This document shows positions 1-14,326 of a stretch of DNA of 64,000 bases, in pieces (position 1 is the stretch's first letter; every line of letters begins with the position of its first letter). A model generated the notes under the pieces. It saw only the letters and a list, made by a program, of their open reading frames with translations. It did not search any database and was not told where the DNA came from. A program made the translations under genes and the position numbers. The stretch comes from the human T2T-CHM13v2.0 reference genome, Homo sapiens. The stretch lies in NCBI RefSeq assembly GCF_009914755.1, contig NC_060938.1; one strand, 5' to 3'.

Positions 1-177
1 ATTGTAGAGAGGTCCTCAGAATCTTCAGGAAGTAGTCATAGTGGCAGGTAGCACAAAGGACCTTGAGGGGTTGGGACAGGAATTTTGCACCAACCAATGG
101 GAAATTATTTCAATAGTTAACAGCTGACATAGGAGAGAGTCAGCCCTGCCTTAGCGCTACAGATTCTCCTAACTTAC

Positions 178-224
178 GTGATTGAGTTCCTGTATAGGTC
201 TTATTGAGAATTATACTGCCCAAT
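178..224 (-). other. candidate 47-nt internal exon of an unidentified minus-strand transcript
   Basis: Minus strand reads tttttctttttctaag|ATTGGGCAG...CAATCAC|gtaagt. Only one frame is open (LGSIILNKTYTGTQS). Lies in non-repetitive sequence. Confidence 0.4.
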
Positions 225-1824
225 CTTAGAAAAAGAAAAAGGCACAGAAAGCTTATTTAAATAATACAGTGTGTTGCTTAACAAGCTGGTACCAATTAAT
301 CTTTTTGTGACTGCTTATGGAAAATGTGTTTTTTCTGCTCCATCAGCTCAGCATGCTAGTAAACACAAGTATCTCGAAAAAACAGTTGACACAAAATTAA
401 GAGAAATACAGGTGGAAAACATTTCAGTTGTGGGCTGCATGGGAAGATTACACTAATTTGAGGGCAATTGCAAGTAATCCTTCCTTTGAATTTAGAAGCC
501 TCAATTGACACCTCATTTTATAGTTTTTCAAGGTAAATTCTTTTTAATCTACTTTAATGAAGTTATTCAGATTTTCACATATAAAGTCAGTAGAGAACTA
601 AGATACATTTTAGTGTTAAGCCATATTACAAATATTCTGCTTGAGAACAACTAAACTGCCTATAATTAGATTTACATCTAGGATATACAAAAAGATTTAA
701 TTTTTATTACTCCATTCATCTTACATGGTTTCACTCTCTGCATTGTGAATTAAACAATTGAATAATATTCTCTTAAGGAGAATTAAATATAATAGTACTG
801 TATGTCTCATAAAGTGTAAAATGTGGAGACATTTTTAAAAAGGATGAAAGAATGCATAAAAAGTCAAAAAAAAACACAAAATCGCACTTAATTACTTAAA
901 CACAAACAAATATGTCAAGTGTTCAAGGGAGGGATAAAGTTCCATATAATCTTTAATTAAGTCTCAATAGTGATATGCCCAGCAAAGCTCTGGTTTCACT
1001 CTGAAATAGTAAAAGACAAATGTCAGTAGGTTAAAAAAAAAATTACCATTTACAACCAAAACTAAGTTCACTTGCATTTCTGAAAGTATTGAAATTGGTA
1101 TGGTTAGAATGCTACAATGAAACAGTTATGACACGCCCATGCAATTTTTCCAATAATTTACTATATCTTAAAAATACTGAAAAGAAATTTCCTATTATCA
1201 TTTGTTAAATTTATACCCTTGGAATCTATGAAATTATTTATGAGGTGGCTGAAATAGAATAAAACTATTAAATTGAACCACTTAACTGATTGAAGTTGGT
1301 CCTATAAAGTAATAGGATATAATTAATAATTAAATTGATAGTGTTGGTTTTGTGTGTTTTGGTCCCCAAATTATAAAAACTTTTGAAGACATAAGTTAAA
1401 ACCTTATACATCAACATTTCTAGGGCAAAAAAAAAAAAGAAAATCTAAGTCTAGCATTTGTAAGGTATCATCTCATTAGACTTGACTATTTTCAGCCTCC
1501 TACTGATGAATTCCAAACTGATTTTATATGTGCAATATTGGTCAGATCAATGATATCAAATTGTCTTTTACACAATCAAATATCGATGTATTTACAAGTT
1601 TAGGAAAGCAAATTCTAAATGTGCTTTATGTTGAAAAAATGCATAGGAGAGTGCATTCTAAGATAGATTCTATGAATTACCAGTTAATTAAATTTTTCAA
1701 AATGACAGTTTTAATAAATGGGTGATTAAATTTTTCTCAAGCATTAAAATGCTTATTGAATGTTAATGGAAACTGCATAGAGACTTTATTTTAAAACATT
1801 TTCCTTATCAACTGAATAAAAAAT

Positions 1825-2625
1825 AATTGATAACATGTTGGACAGTATGTGACAAAAGGTGAACCTCTGCTCACTATTAATGGGAATGCAAGTTGGTACA
1901 GCACCTATGGAAAACAGTACGGAAGTTCCTCAAAAAATTACAAATAGGACTACCATGTGATGCAGCAATCCTGATTTGGGGCATATATCCACAGGAAATA
2001 AAATCTGCACTCCTGTGTTCACTGCAGCATTATTCACAGTGCTTAAAACTTGGAATCAACCTAAATGTCCCATCAATAGATGCATGAATAAAGAAAATGT
2101 GGCAAATACACAAAATAAAACACTATTCAGCATTTAAAAAGAAGAAAATTCTGACATTTGTGACAACATGGAGGAACCTGGAGAACATTGTCACTGAAGT
2201 AAGCCAAGCACAGAAGACAATTATCACTTACATACGGAATCTGAAATAATTGAACTCACACAAGTAGAGAATACAATGGTGGTTACCAGGGACTGGAGGA
2301 GAGGAGGTGTATTGGGGTGATGTGGATACAAAATTTCAGTGAATACAAAAATACAAAATTTTCAGTGGATACAAAATTTCAATTAGATAGGAGGAATAAG
2401 TTCAAGAGGTCTATTGCAAAACATTGTGACTATGGTGAATAACAATGTTTTTTTTTAATTACTAAGAAAAATTTCTAAGTGTTCTCACCACAAAATCATA
2501 AATATGTGAGTAATGCATATATTAATTGGCTAGATTTAGCCTTTTCACAATGCATACATATTTCAAAGTAACATGTTGTACACAATAATGTATATAATTT
2601 TTGTCATTGTAAAAATAGATAAATC
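1825..2625 (+). mobile_element. L1MA-type LINE-1 3' end (ORF2 C-terminus remnant + 3'UTR)
   Basis: ORF 1893-2087 (LWKTVRKFLKKL..LPCDAAI..GIYP) matches the L1 ORF2p C-terminus. Followed by L1MA 3'UTR motifs such as ttagataggaggaataagttcaagag and gtgttctcaccacaaaa. Confidence 0.85.
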
Positions 2626-2706
2626 AATATTTTTAAAATGAAAATTAATATATTTTATTTTAGCCATATTTGATTTTCTATAAAAAGTATCATTTGGAAG
2701 TTTTCG

Positions 2707-2745
2707 GGCCAGCACGGTGGCTCACACCTGTAATCTCAGCACTTT
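2707..2745 (+). mobile_element. Alu 5' stub (~39 nt)
   Basis: ggccagcacggtggctcacacctgtaatctcagcacttt matches the Alu 5' end, then the similarity stops abruptly. Confidence 0.8.
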
Positions 2746-3894
2746 TCTCAGAATGAAAATAAGCATGCAAAATACAAATTTCTACAATTTAATGTACAAT
2801 TGTACATGAAATTTTAATTTAATAAATTAAATTTTTATTCACGATGTTATAAACAAGTTGTATAACTTTAGTTCTCACCATTACACACCCAAAACTTAGA
2901 ACATTTCCTTAGACATGAGTGTCCAAAAAATTAATAAAAAGTAAAATATTACATATATTCTAAGTTCAGAAGCATTTGAAAAAACAATGTGACACATGCA
3001 ACATTTGTATATACCTTCCTTTTTTATACATTGTATGTTGTCATTCCTCATAACCCTACAGTGAAGCAAAAAATCCAACGATTGTCTTGCAAATTATGTA
3101 AACTGCAGGACAAAGTTAATATCTCATAAGTATTCATATAAATATGCACATATCCATGCTCTATGAGCACTCTGAGTTGGAATATTCAACTTCTGTTTTT
3201 ATCAGAATCTGACACTTCTTCTTATATGCAAAACAAATATTAAGGTTTTGCTAAAATGTACCTATTTGGTTTAAGTAGAGAATGGGATGTAAGTGAAAGG
3301 CTTTAATATTCATTTCTAACATTATTGTGAAATAAATGTCCTGAAAACGAATTCAAACTTGGAAAAATTTTCTAAATAATAAACACACATTATCTAAATG
3401 ACTAGGGATAAAAAAAAAAAAAAGAGGCTATAAGAAAAATAAGGGTAGGTAGGTCCTGACACCCTGATTTCTTGATGGTTCTTGCCAGTTTTAAGAATCT
3501 AGAGCCTTGGGTTTTAGAAGAAACTCAAGAAACAGAAGTAAGGTGGGGAGTTTAAATTGAGACCGCTATGTAAACCCAGGACATAGTAAAAGACTACATT
3601 TTCAGTGAAAGGTTCACGTTTGCCTAATAGCTACAAGATAATGAGGAGAATTGTTTGACAGCTGGGTGGAAAAATTGAACCATGTCTACAGCCAAAGGTT
3701 AGCCCTCCTGTGGCTGTTTGGTTTGAAATCCCATTACCTGCAGATCCCAGGACATACCAAGTTTGAAAATTAGCTTAACATGTATCCTGGGTTAATAGGA
3801 CCAAACATGCAAACGGCAAACAAACAAAAAACCTGGGCTGAGGAGGAAGAGGAGGGAGGAAAAGAAGTAAATGCAAACATTCTAAAGGGCCAAA

Positions 3895-4312
3895 TGTAAA
3901 ATCATTTTATTATTCACCCTTTTATTAATAGCTTCATCATTTAAATAAAGAGTGTGGCTCCATTTCTTATGTTTGACTGGTACAGCTTTTAAGTCTCACT
4001 CCTCTTTTCTCTCTACCTTGCATCTGGGCAAGCTAAGAAAGCCTGTGTGCCCTCCCCTTTGGCACTCACATGACATTCAAGCCACATACTAGATGCCTCA
4101 CCCAAGCTCCACCTCTTAAACACCATCAGTACCCCGAGCCTGTCAGGTTTTCTTTCTCTCTCAAGACATTTTCAGACCTAGTTGGGAGTCATACTGTTCC
4201 CTCCAGAAACACTTATGTGAGTGATAAACCTTTCACAACTTTTGGTGTGTGTGGCATTGTTAGTCTCAACATCAAATGCAAAGTCTGAGGCGAGTTTCTT
4301 CATGAAATCACA
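3895..4312 (+). mobile_element. old solo LTR (ERVL-class, MER54/MER74-like; family uncertain)
   Basis: catctgggcaagctaagaaagcctgtgtgccctcccctttggc and gtgagtgataaacctttc...ttggtgtgtgtggcattg resemble ancient ERVL LTRs. Confidence 0.45.
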
Positions 4313-4789
4313 AGCACTGAAGAAATGAAATATGGCATGTTTTTCATTAACCCATCCTTAGAATTGAATCATATGCATAAATAGTTTAGGCAATCACATA
4401 CTGTCTGGTGTGCAGGGATTAGAAAGTGTAAATTGTGGGAAACTGATCTTCTCTTAGATTCTGAGGACCTTCAATAACATGGCATTGTGTCATGTGGAAT
4501 GCATGTCTAGTGTCTAAAGATACTGTTTTTTATTTATATATCACTTAATCACAAAATGCTTCATAGAAGGCAGATCTAAAGAAACAGTCATTTGTATCAT
4601 TCTTGGAGGAACGACCTACTTGGACTTACAGGGAAATGAAATACTGGCCTCCAATATTATACCTTTCTAAGACATTTCAAAACGTAATTTGGATTATAGA
4701 GATTTTTCTTTCAAAAGCTGACTCTGTAAAAAAAAACTCTAGATAATATATATTATTAAATATCTTATCATGAATAAAAGTCTAGTGTC

Positions 4790-5960
<1,171 letters not shown>

Positions 5961-7055
5961 GTGAAGTGATCTGAACAAGTCTGCACAAGTTTGTGTAAGT
6001 TCAAGACCCATATTCTCTACTAAAGCCATACCTAGAATTCACATCTTGAGAATGCTAGACAATGTGTTGCCCATTTATGAATCAAAGCAAAGCAGACCCA
6101 AGAGCTAGATTTGCTGGACAGAGGTATCAGGAGACTACACTTTGAAAAGAAGATTCAGTGGGGAGGGTGTTAATAATGTGAAATTTGACATCTGAAAGTA
6201 GAGGCCACATATCTGTATGGCATGCAGACAGTCTAAATTGAAAGTACAATGCAGAGTGTATATTAATTATGAGAGTGTCACATTCCCATTGTTACTTAAT
6301 TTCTGAAAGTAGGAAAATTAAGGCACTTTAATTGTCCATATTGCTACATATCTGAACATTTAAATTCAAACTGTTAATTTTTTATATTCATCAATATTTC
6401 TATATGCATACTAGTGTTTCCACTAGTGTCCACTCTGCTCCAGGAATCTATGGGAAATGCATAAATTATTTTAAAACTCTGTGAATTCAGCAAAGGCTTC
6501 AGAGTCCCTAGTAAAATGACAAAATCTAGTGGGTAAACATATTTCTGCCAAAGAGTTTGGGTTTGATTTATATTGAAAGCATATGCAAATAAGCAGAATA
6601 CACAGACAGAGAGGAATATCTGAAGCTAAACCATTTCTGAATGATAATCAACTTAATTGTTCCAAGACGTATTGTGCAATTTGTGGATTATCCAAACCCA
6701 AACCATTTCTTTTTTATTTCTGATCATTGGATTTTGCCATTTTTTTTTCTGCTTCTTATAATTCTTCCAGAGGTGATCCAGGGAATAGTGTAAGAAAGAA
6801 ATTTGAATGAAAAAAAAAAACACTTGAATGAAAAAATCTACTTTGATGAAGTAACAGTGTGACTTCAATCAAGTCTTGGTACCTTTCTCAAATTTCTCAT
6901 TACCTATGGAAGCAAAATATATTGAAGCAGATTTGTCAAGTACTGACTTACAAATGGCTAAAAAACTTATAAATGACTGATAAATTTTCTATATCCATCA
7001 GGATACTTTGGTTGCAAATAAGAAGATACCCAAATGAAAGTAACTTTGTTTTTGC

Positions 7056-8635
7056 TTTCCAACTTTTATTTTAGGTTCATGGGGTACATGTGCAGGTTTG
7101 TCACATAGGTGAATTGCATGTCATGGGGGTTTGGTGTACATTAGTACCGAGGTCATGCGTGTAGTACCCACTAGGTAGTTTTTCAATCTTCGTCCTCCTC
7201 TAATCCTCTACTCCCAGGTCGGCTCCAGTATTTATCGTTCCCTTCTTTGTGTCCATGTGTACTCAATGACTCAGTGTTTAGCTCTCACTTATGAGACAGA
7301 GCACACGGTATTTGGTTTTCTGTTCCTCTGTTAATTCATCTAGAATAATGGCCTCCAGCTGCATCTATGATGCTGCAAAGAACAAGATTTCATTCTTTTT
7401 ATGGCTGCATAGTATTCCACAATGTATATATATCACATTTTCTTTATCTAGTCCACCATTGATTGACATCTTGGTTGATTCTATGTCCTTGCTATTGTTA
7501 ATAATGCTTCAATTAATATATGCATGCATGTATCTTTATGGTAGAGCCATTTATATTCCTTTGAGTGTATACCCAGTAACGGGTTGCTGGGTCAAATGGT
7601 AGTTCTGAGTTCTTGGAGAAATCTCAAAACTGCTTTCCACAATGACTGAACTCATTTACATTTGCACCAGCAGTGAATAAGCATTCCCTTTTTCCCACAA
7701 CCTTGTCACCCTATCTTATTTTTTTCACTTTTTAATAATAGCCATTCTGACTGGTGTGAGATGGTATTTCATTGTGGGCATATGTATTTTTCTAATAATC
7801 AGTGATGTTGAGCATTTTTTCATAGCTTATTGGCTGCGTTAATGTCTTCTTTCGAGAAGTGTCTGTTTATGTCCTTTGTCTATTTTTTAATGGAGTTGTT
7901 TTTTGCTTGTTGATATGTTTAAGTTCCATGTAGATTCTGGATATTAGAGCCTCGTTGGATGAATAGCTTGCAAATATTTTCTCCCATCCTGTAGGCTGTT
8001 TACTCTGTTGGTAATTTCCTTTGCTGTGCAGAAGCTCTTTAGTTTAATTAGGTCACATTTGCCAATTTCTGTTTTTGTTGCAATTGCTTTTGGTGTCTTC
8101 ATCATGACATCTTTGCCAGGGCTGATGTCCAGAGTGATATTTCATAGGTTTTCTTTTAGAGTTTTTATAGTTTTGGGTTTTACATTTAAATCTTTACTCC
8201 ATCTTGAATTGATTTTTGTATATGGTGAAAAAAAGGAGTCGGGTTTTAATCTTCTGCATATGGATAGCCAGTTATCCCAGAACCATCTATTGAATAGGGA
8301 GTCCTTTCCCCATTGCTTGTTTTTGTCTGCCTTGTTGAAGAAGATGTTCTGGTGTTTGGCTTTATTTCTGAGTTTTCCATTCTGTTACATTGGTCTTTGT
8401 GTCTGTTTTTGTACAGTACCATGCAGATTTGGTTACTGTAGCCTTGTAGCATAACCTTGAAGTCTGGTAATGTGATGTCTCTGGCTTTGTTCTTTTAGCT
8501 TTGGATTGCTTTGGTTATTTTGGCTCTTTTTTGGTTCCAAATGGGTTTAGAATTGTTTTTTCCTCTTTTGCTAATTCTGTGAAAAATGTAGTTAGTAGTT
8601 TGATAGGAATAGCATTGAATCTGTCAATTGTTTTG
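7056..8635 (-). mobile_element. L1PA13-16-type LINE-1 3' fragment
   Basis: 3'UTR signature ttttaggttcatggggtacatgtgcaggtttg. ORF2 remnants (8246-8452 minus) are present. Confidence 0.9.
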
Positions 8636-9070
8636 CCAGGCAAGGCCTACTAGCCTGGGATCCTAGCTCAGCCACCCCACCCACACCTGAGCATGCTGGC
8701 TAGTGTCAGCTTTCCATTTCTCTGAGAGAAAGCTCCTAGAGGTAACCAACAGGCCTGCTACACTCCTGCCCCTAAGGCTGTGGAGGGAGCAAAGATTCCA
8801 AGAATTGTTGCAGGCCTCCAGCAGACCTGCAGCTGCCTCGTTTTCAGCATGGGTCCCTGCCCCTGCTACTCCTCACCTGGGCCTCCAATGCAGCTGCCTT
8901 ATCCAACTCCTAACCCCTTCAATTGACAGTGGCTCTGCATTTCTCTGAGGTAGAATTCCCAGAGACAAGTGATATTTCTCTGCCACTGTCACTGCAGTGG
9001 TAACTGCCCTTGCTGCCCTCAGGCTGTGGAGCAAACAGAAACCCTGATTTCTTTGCTTGCATATCCAGCA
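8636..9070 (+). mobile_element. L1P4-like 5'UTR fragment, inverted relative to the adjacent L1 3' piece
   Basis: GC-richer block with repeated catttctctgag...ccagag motifs typical of old primate L1 5'UTRs. It directly abuts the minus-strand L1. Confidence 0.5.
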
Positions 9071-9724
9071 AAAGAATAGGAATATAATAAGAAACCCAGA
9101 GTGTGATCGTTTTATTGTTTGTTATGGAGATAACTATATAACGATATTCTTTTAAATTGTGATTTACCTCCCCCTTCAGCCCTGATTGTTGTCTCAAATC
9201 CATTTATATGGTTTCACATCTCTAGAAAATAATCATTTTGAGAGAAGGAATGTATGGTTGTCTAACACCTACATGTACATTGGACTCTAACATTATTCAA
9301 ACTATCTTTCTCTTGTGACCACTGTAATATACTTCAAGAAGTGGGCATTATAGCCTTCCTGGATATAAGGTTCCAGAATAGCCTGATATATGTTTTCTCC
9401 ACCCGCCCAACACAGTTACCAGAGCTTGCTTAATGTTTAGCTGGTCTGTAGTTTGCTAAGCCATTATAAATATTTTCATCCTCTCTATAATTTCTAGTAT
9501 GTTATCATCTCTTCTGTTCCCTGATCTCTTATTAGCCTAAGACTTTTTTTTTCCTTCTTGTTATTAATACACTTTATTTTTTAGAGTACTTTTGGGTTCA
9601 CATCAAAATGAAAGCAAGGTACAAACATCTCTCAAAACCCAGTGTCCCCACACATGCATAGCCTCACCCATTTTCAACATCCCCCACAAAAGAGGTATAA
9701 ATGTTACCATTGATGACCCTACAC

Positions 9725-10131
9725 TGACACGCATTATTACCACCCAGAGTTCATAGTTTATACTAGAGTCTGCTTTTGGTGTGTATTTCATAGGTTTGGA
9801 ACAAGCATATAATGGCACGCATCCACCACAATAATATCACACAGAATAGCTTCATCGTTTTGAAAATCCTCTATGCTCCACCTATTCATCCCTCCCTACC
9901 TGCTAACCCCTGGCAGCCAATGATTGACACACATATTGACACACATTATTACCACCCAGAGTTCATAGTTTATACTAGAGGCTGCTTTTGGTGTGTATTT
10001 CATGGGTTTGGAACAAGTGTATAATGACACACATCCACCACAATAGTATCATACAGAATAGCTTTATTGTTTTGAAAATCATCTATGCTCCACCTATTCA
10101 TCCCTCCCTTCCTGCTAACCCCTGGCAGCCA
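9725..10131. repeat. tandem duplication, 212-bp period, within L1M 3'UTR
   Basis: cacccagagttcatagtttatactagag starts at both 9741 and 9953. Both copies end in aacccctggcagccaa. Confidence 0.95.
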
Positions 10132-12446
10132 ACCAGTGATCTTTTCTCTTTTCACTGCCTCCAAAATGTTGCCTTTTCCCAAATGTCACATAATGGAAAT
10201 CATACAGTATTTAGCCTTTTCAGATTGGCTTCTTTCATTAAGAAATACGCATTTAAATTTTTTCCATGTGTTTTCATAACTTCACAGCACATTTCTTTTT
10301 AGCAATGAATAATATTCTACTGCCTGGATGCACCACAGTTTATTTATTTATTCACCTACCAAAGAACATCTTGGTTGCTTCCAACTTTTGTCAATTACAT
10401 ATAAAGCTGCTATAAACATCCATATGTGGGTTTTCAGATGGGCATATGTTTTCGACTCCTTTGGGTAAATACTGAGGAGCATGACTGCAGGAACTTATGG
10501 TCAAAGGATATTAAGTTTTGTAAGAAACCGCCAAATTGTCTTCCAAACTGGCTGTACCATTTTGCATTCCCACCAGCAACGAATGAGAGTTCCTGTTGCT
10601 TCTCATCCTTGCCAGCATTAGGTGTTGTCAGTGTCCTGGATTTTGGCCATTCTAATAGGTGTGTAGTGATGTCTCATCATTTAAATCAGCATTTTCCTGA
10701 TGACGTTTAATGTGGAACATCTTTTCATAGGCCTATTTGCCATCTGTGTATCTTCTTTGGTGAGATTTCTGTCAAGGATTTTCTAAAAAATCGGGTTGTT
10801 TGTGTTCTTATTAAGTTCTAAGAGGTCTTTGTATATTTTAGATGATAGTCCTTCAGCTGGTTTTGCAAATAGTTTCTTCTAGTCCATGGCCTCTTTTTTC
10901 ATCCTTATAACAATGCCTTCTGCAGAGCAGGAAATAATAATTTTAATGAAGTCCAACATATAAATTTTTTCATGAAGCATGTCTTTAGTGTTGTTATCCA
11001 AAAAGGTCATCTAGAATTTTTTCCTATATTATCTTGTAGAAGGTTTATGGTTTTGCATTTTACACTTAGGTCTACAATCAACTTTTAATTTTTGTGAAGG
11101 ATATAAGGTCTGTGTTTGTATTATTTTTTGCATATCGATGTCGAGTCATTCGAGTACCATTTGTTAAAAAGACTCTCTTTTTCCATTGTACTACATTTGC
11201 TTCCTTGTCAAATATCTGTTGACTGTATTTATGTGGTCTATTTCTGGACCATCTCTTCTGTTCCTCTAATTTATTTGTGTATACTTTTGCCATTTTTTCA
11301 CTGCCTCAATTATAGTAGTTTTACAGTATGTCTTGAAGTTTAGTATTAAGTCTTCCCATGTTTTCATTCTCTTTCAATATTATGTTGGCTGTTCTGGGTC
11401 ATTTGACTCCTTATATATAAACTTTAGAAATGGTTTATCAATAGCCATGTAATCATTTGCTGGAATTTGAATGAAGATTGCATTGAATATATAGAACAAG
11501 TTGAAAAGAAATGACATCATGACAATATTGAGTCTTCTGATTTATGAACATTAAATAGCTCCATTATTTAGTTCTTTTTTTATTTCATTCATCACAGTTT
11601 TGTAGTTTTCCTTGCACACATTTTGTTAGATTTTTATCCAAGCATTTCATTTTGGGGACTTGTAATATAAAGTGTCTTTCATTTTTCATTTCAAATTATA
11701 CTTGTTCATTGTTGATATATAGTAAAGCTACTGGCTTTTTTTTTTATTAACCTTTTTCCTGCAACCTTTAATGCTGTGATGTTGTATTAGTACCAGCTGT
11801 TTTTTTTTAATTTGGTAAATTCTTTTTCATTTTCGGTGTAATCATGTCATCTGTGAACAAAAACAGAGTTATTGCTTCCTTCCTAACCTGTATACCTTTT
11901 ATTTCATTTTCTTGCCTTATTGGATTAGCTAGGACTTCCAGTATAATGTTGAAAACAAGTGGTGAGAGGGGACATCATGCTTTGCTCCTGATCTTACTGG
12001 GAAAACATCAAGTTTCTCACTATTAAGTATGATGCTAGTTGTACATTTTTTGAAGATATTCTTCATGGAGTAAGGGAGTTCTCCTCTATTTCTTCTCTCT
12101 ACGGAGAGTTTTTATCATTAATGTGTGTTTGATGTTGTCAAATGCTTTTCCTGTATGTATCAATATTATCCATGTGATATTTCTTCTTAGTCTGTTGATA
12201 TGATGGTTTACATTAATTTTAATGTTGAACCTGTCATGCATACCTGGAATAAATTCCACTTGGTCATGTGGTATATTTATATACTATTGGATTTAATTTG
12301 CTAACATTTTTTGGAGGTTCTTGAATTTATGTTCATGAGAGATATCAGATTGTGGTTTTCTTTTCTTATTTTGTCTCTGTATGGTTTTGATATTAAGGTA
12401 ATGCTAGCCTCAGGGAATGGGTTAGGAAGTATTTCTTCTGCTTCTA

Positions 12447-12562
12447 TTTTCTTCTTTTTCTTCTTCTTCTTCTTCTTCTTCTTCTTCTTCTTCTTCTTCT
12501 TCTTCTTCTTCTTCTTTTCTTCTTCTTTTCTTCTTCTTCTTCTTCTCTTCCTCTTCCTCTTT

Positions 12563-12594
<32 letters not shown>

Positions 12595-12627
12595 TCTTCC
12601 TTCTTCTTTTCTTCTTCTTCTTTCTTT
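12447..12627. repeat. (TTC/GAA)n-rich 181-nt pure pyrimidine tract derived from an Alu tail
   Basis: No purine on the plus strand from 12447 to 12627. 19 perfect TTC units at 12458-12514. Confidence 0.97.
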
Positions 12628-12909
12628 ATTTTTGTTTTAATTTAGAGACAAGGTCTCACTCTTGCTCAGGTTGGCGTGCACTGCAGCCTTTACCCCCTGT
12701 GCTGAAGGGATCCTCCTGCTCCAGCCTCCTGAGTAACTGGGACTACAGGCACATGCCACCCTTCATGACCAGCTAATATTTTAATTATTGCTAGACATGA
12801 GGCCTCGCTATGTTTCCTGGACTGCTCTTGAATTCCTGGGCTAAAGCAATTCTTCTGTCTCAGCCTCCCAAAGTTATAAGATTACAGACATAAGCCACCA
12901 TGACTGGCA
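12628..12909 (-). mobile_element. AluJ element
   Basis: AluJ diagnostics (cactgcagcc, gatcctcctg, cgctatgtt..ctggg). TSD tgcttctat(t/c)ttct at 12439-12452 and 12910-12923 encloses the Alu plus the TTC tract. Confidence 0.9.
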
Positions 12910-13859
12910 TGCTTCTATCTTCTGAAAGAGATGGCTGAAAATTGGTATAATATCCTAAATGTTTGACAGAATTCACATGTAAATCCATCTGGGCCTTGTG
13001 CTTTCTGTTTTGAAAAGTTATTATTAATTCAATTTACTTAATAGATATAGGCCTATTCAGAGTATCTATGCCTTCTTGTGTGAGTTTTGGCAGATTGTGT
13101 CTTTCAAAGAATTGGTCCATTTACCAAGGTTATTAAATTTGTAGGCATACAGTTGTTCATAGTATTTCTTTTTTATCCTTTAATGCTCATGGGATCTATA
13201 CTGATGTCATTCTTTTACTTCTGATATTAGTAATTTTTGTCCTCTCTGTTTTTCTTACTTAGCCTGGCTACGGCTTATTGATTTTATCAAAGAAACAGCT
13301 TTTGGTTTTATTGATTTTCTCTACTGATTTCTTGTTTTAAATTTTATTGATTTCTGTTCTAAATTTGTATTATTTCTTTTTTTCCGCTTACTTTGGATTT
13401 AATTTGGTCTTCCCTTTCTAGTTTCCTAAGGTGAAAATTTAGGTTATTTAGATATTTCTTCTTTTTTTAACATATATATCCAAAGCCATAAATTCTCCTT
13501 TAAGCACTGGTTTCACTGTGTTACATAAATTTTAATTTTTAGTTTTATTTTCATTTAGTTCAAAGTATATTTTAATTTCTCTTGAGGTTATTTTTGACCT
13601 ATATGTTATTTACAAGTTTATTATTTAATATCTAAGTACTTTGGGATTCTCCAACTATCTTTCTATCATTCATTTCTAGTAGAATTTGATTGTGGTCTTA
13701 AAGCAGGCATTGCAAGATTATTAATATTTTACACTGGTTAAGGTTGTGTTTTATGACTCGGAATGGGGTCTGTCCTGGTGAATATCCTATGTGAGCTTGA
13801 GAAAAATGTGTATTGTGCTGTTGTTGGATAAAGTAGTCTATAGAAGTCTATTACATCCT

Positions 13860-14147
13860 GGCCAGGTGCGGTGGCTCACGCCTGTACTCCCAGCACTTTG
13901 AGAGGCTGAGGCGGGTGGATCACTTGAGGTCAGGAGTTCAAGACTAGCCTGTCCAACATGGTGAAACCCCATCTCTACTAAAAATACAAAAATTAGCCAG
14001 CTGTGGTGGTGCATGCCTGTAAACCCAGCTACTGGGGAGGATGAGGCAGGAGAATCACTTGAACCTGAGAGGCAGAGGTTGCAGTGAGCTGAGATTGTGC
14101 CAGCCTGGGTGACAAAGTGAGACTCTGTCTCATAAATAAATACATAC
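13860..14147 (+). mobile_element. AluS element
   Basis: Full Alu with a short taaa/taca tail. ~20-bp TSD atagaagt(c/t)tattacatcct. Confidence 0.95.
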
Positions 14148-14326
14148 ATAGAAGTTTATTACATCCTGTTGACTGACAGTGGTGTTGAGTTAACTATGTC
14201 CTTACTGATGTTCTGCATTTTGGATCTGTCCATTCTGATTCAAGGGTGTTTAAGTTCCCAACTATGACAGTGGAGTCATCTATTTCTCCTTGAAGTTCAA
14301 GCAGTTTTTATCTCAGTTATATATAC

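Noticed and set aside
2322-2382. Short repeated gtggatacaaaatttca units resembling a spaced repeat array
   Set aside because: Local slippage duplication within an L1 3'UTR. No CRISPR-like array or other prokaryotic system is present in the window.
6883-6903. 21-nt minus-strand exon or AG|GT recursive site (ttttgcttccatag|GTAATG...AAAG|gtacca)
   Set aside because: The donor is weak and it would introduce a stop in the phase linking the neighbouring candidates. Indistinguishable from chance.
12311-12640. 109-aa poly-Phe/Leu ORF
   Set aside because: Translation of the (TTC)n tract; not a protein.
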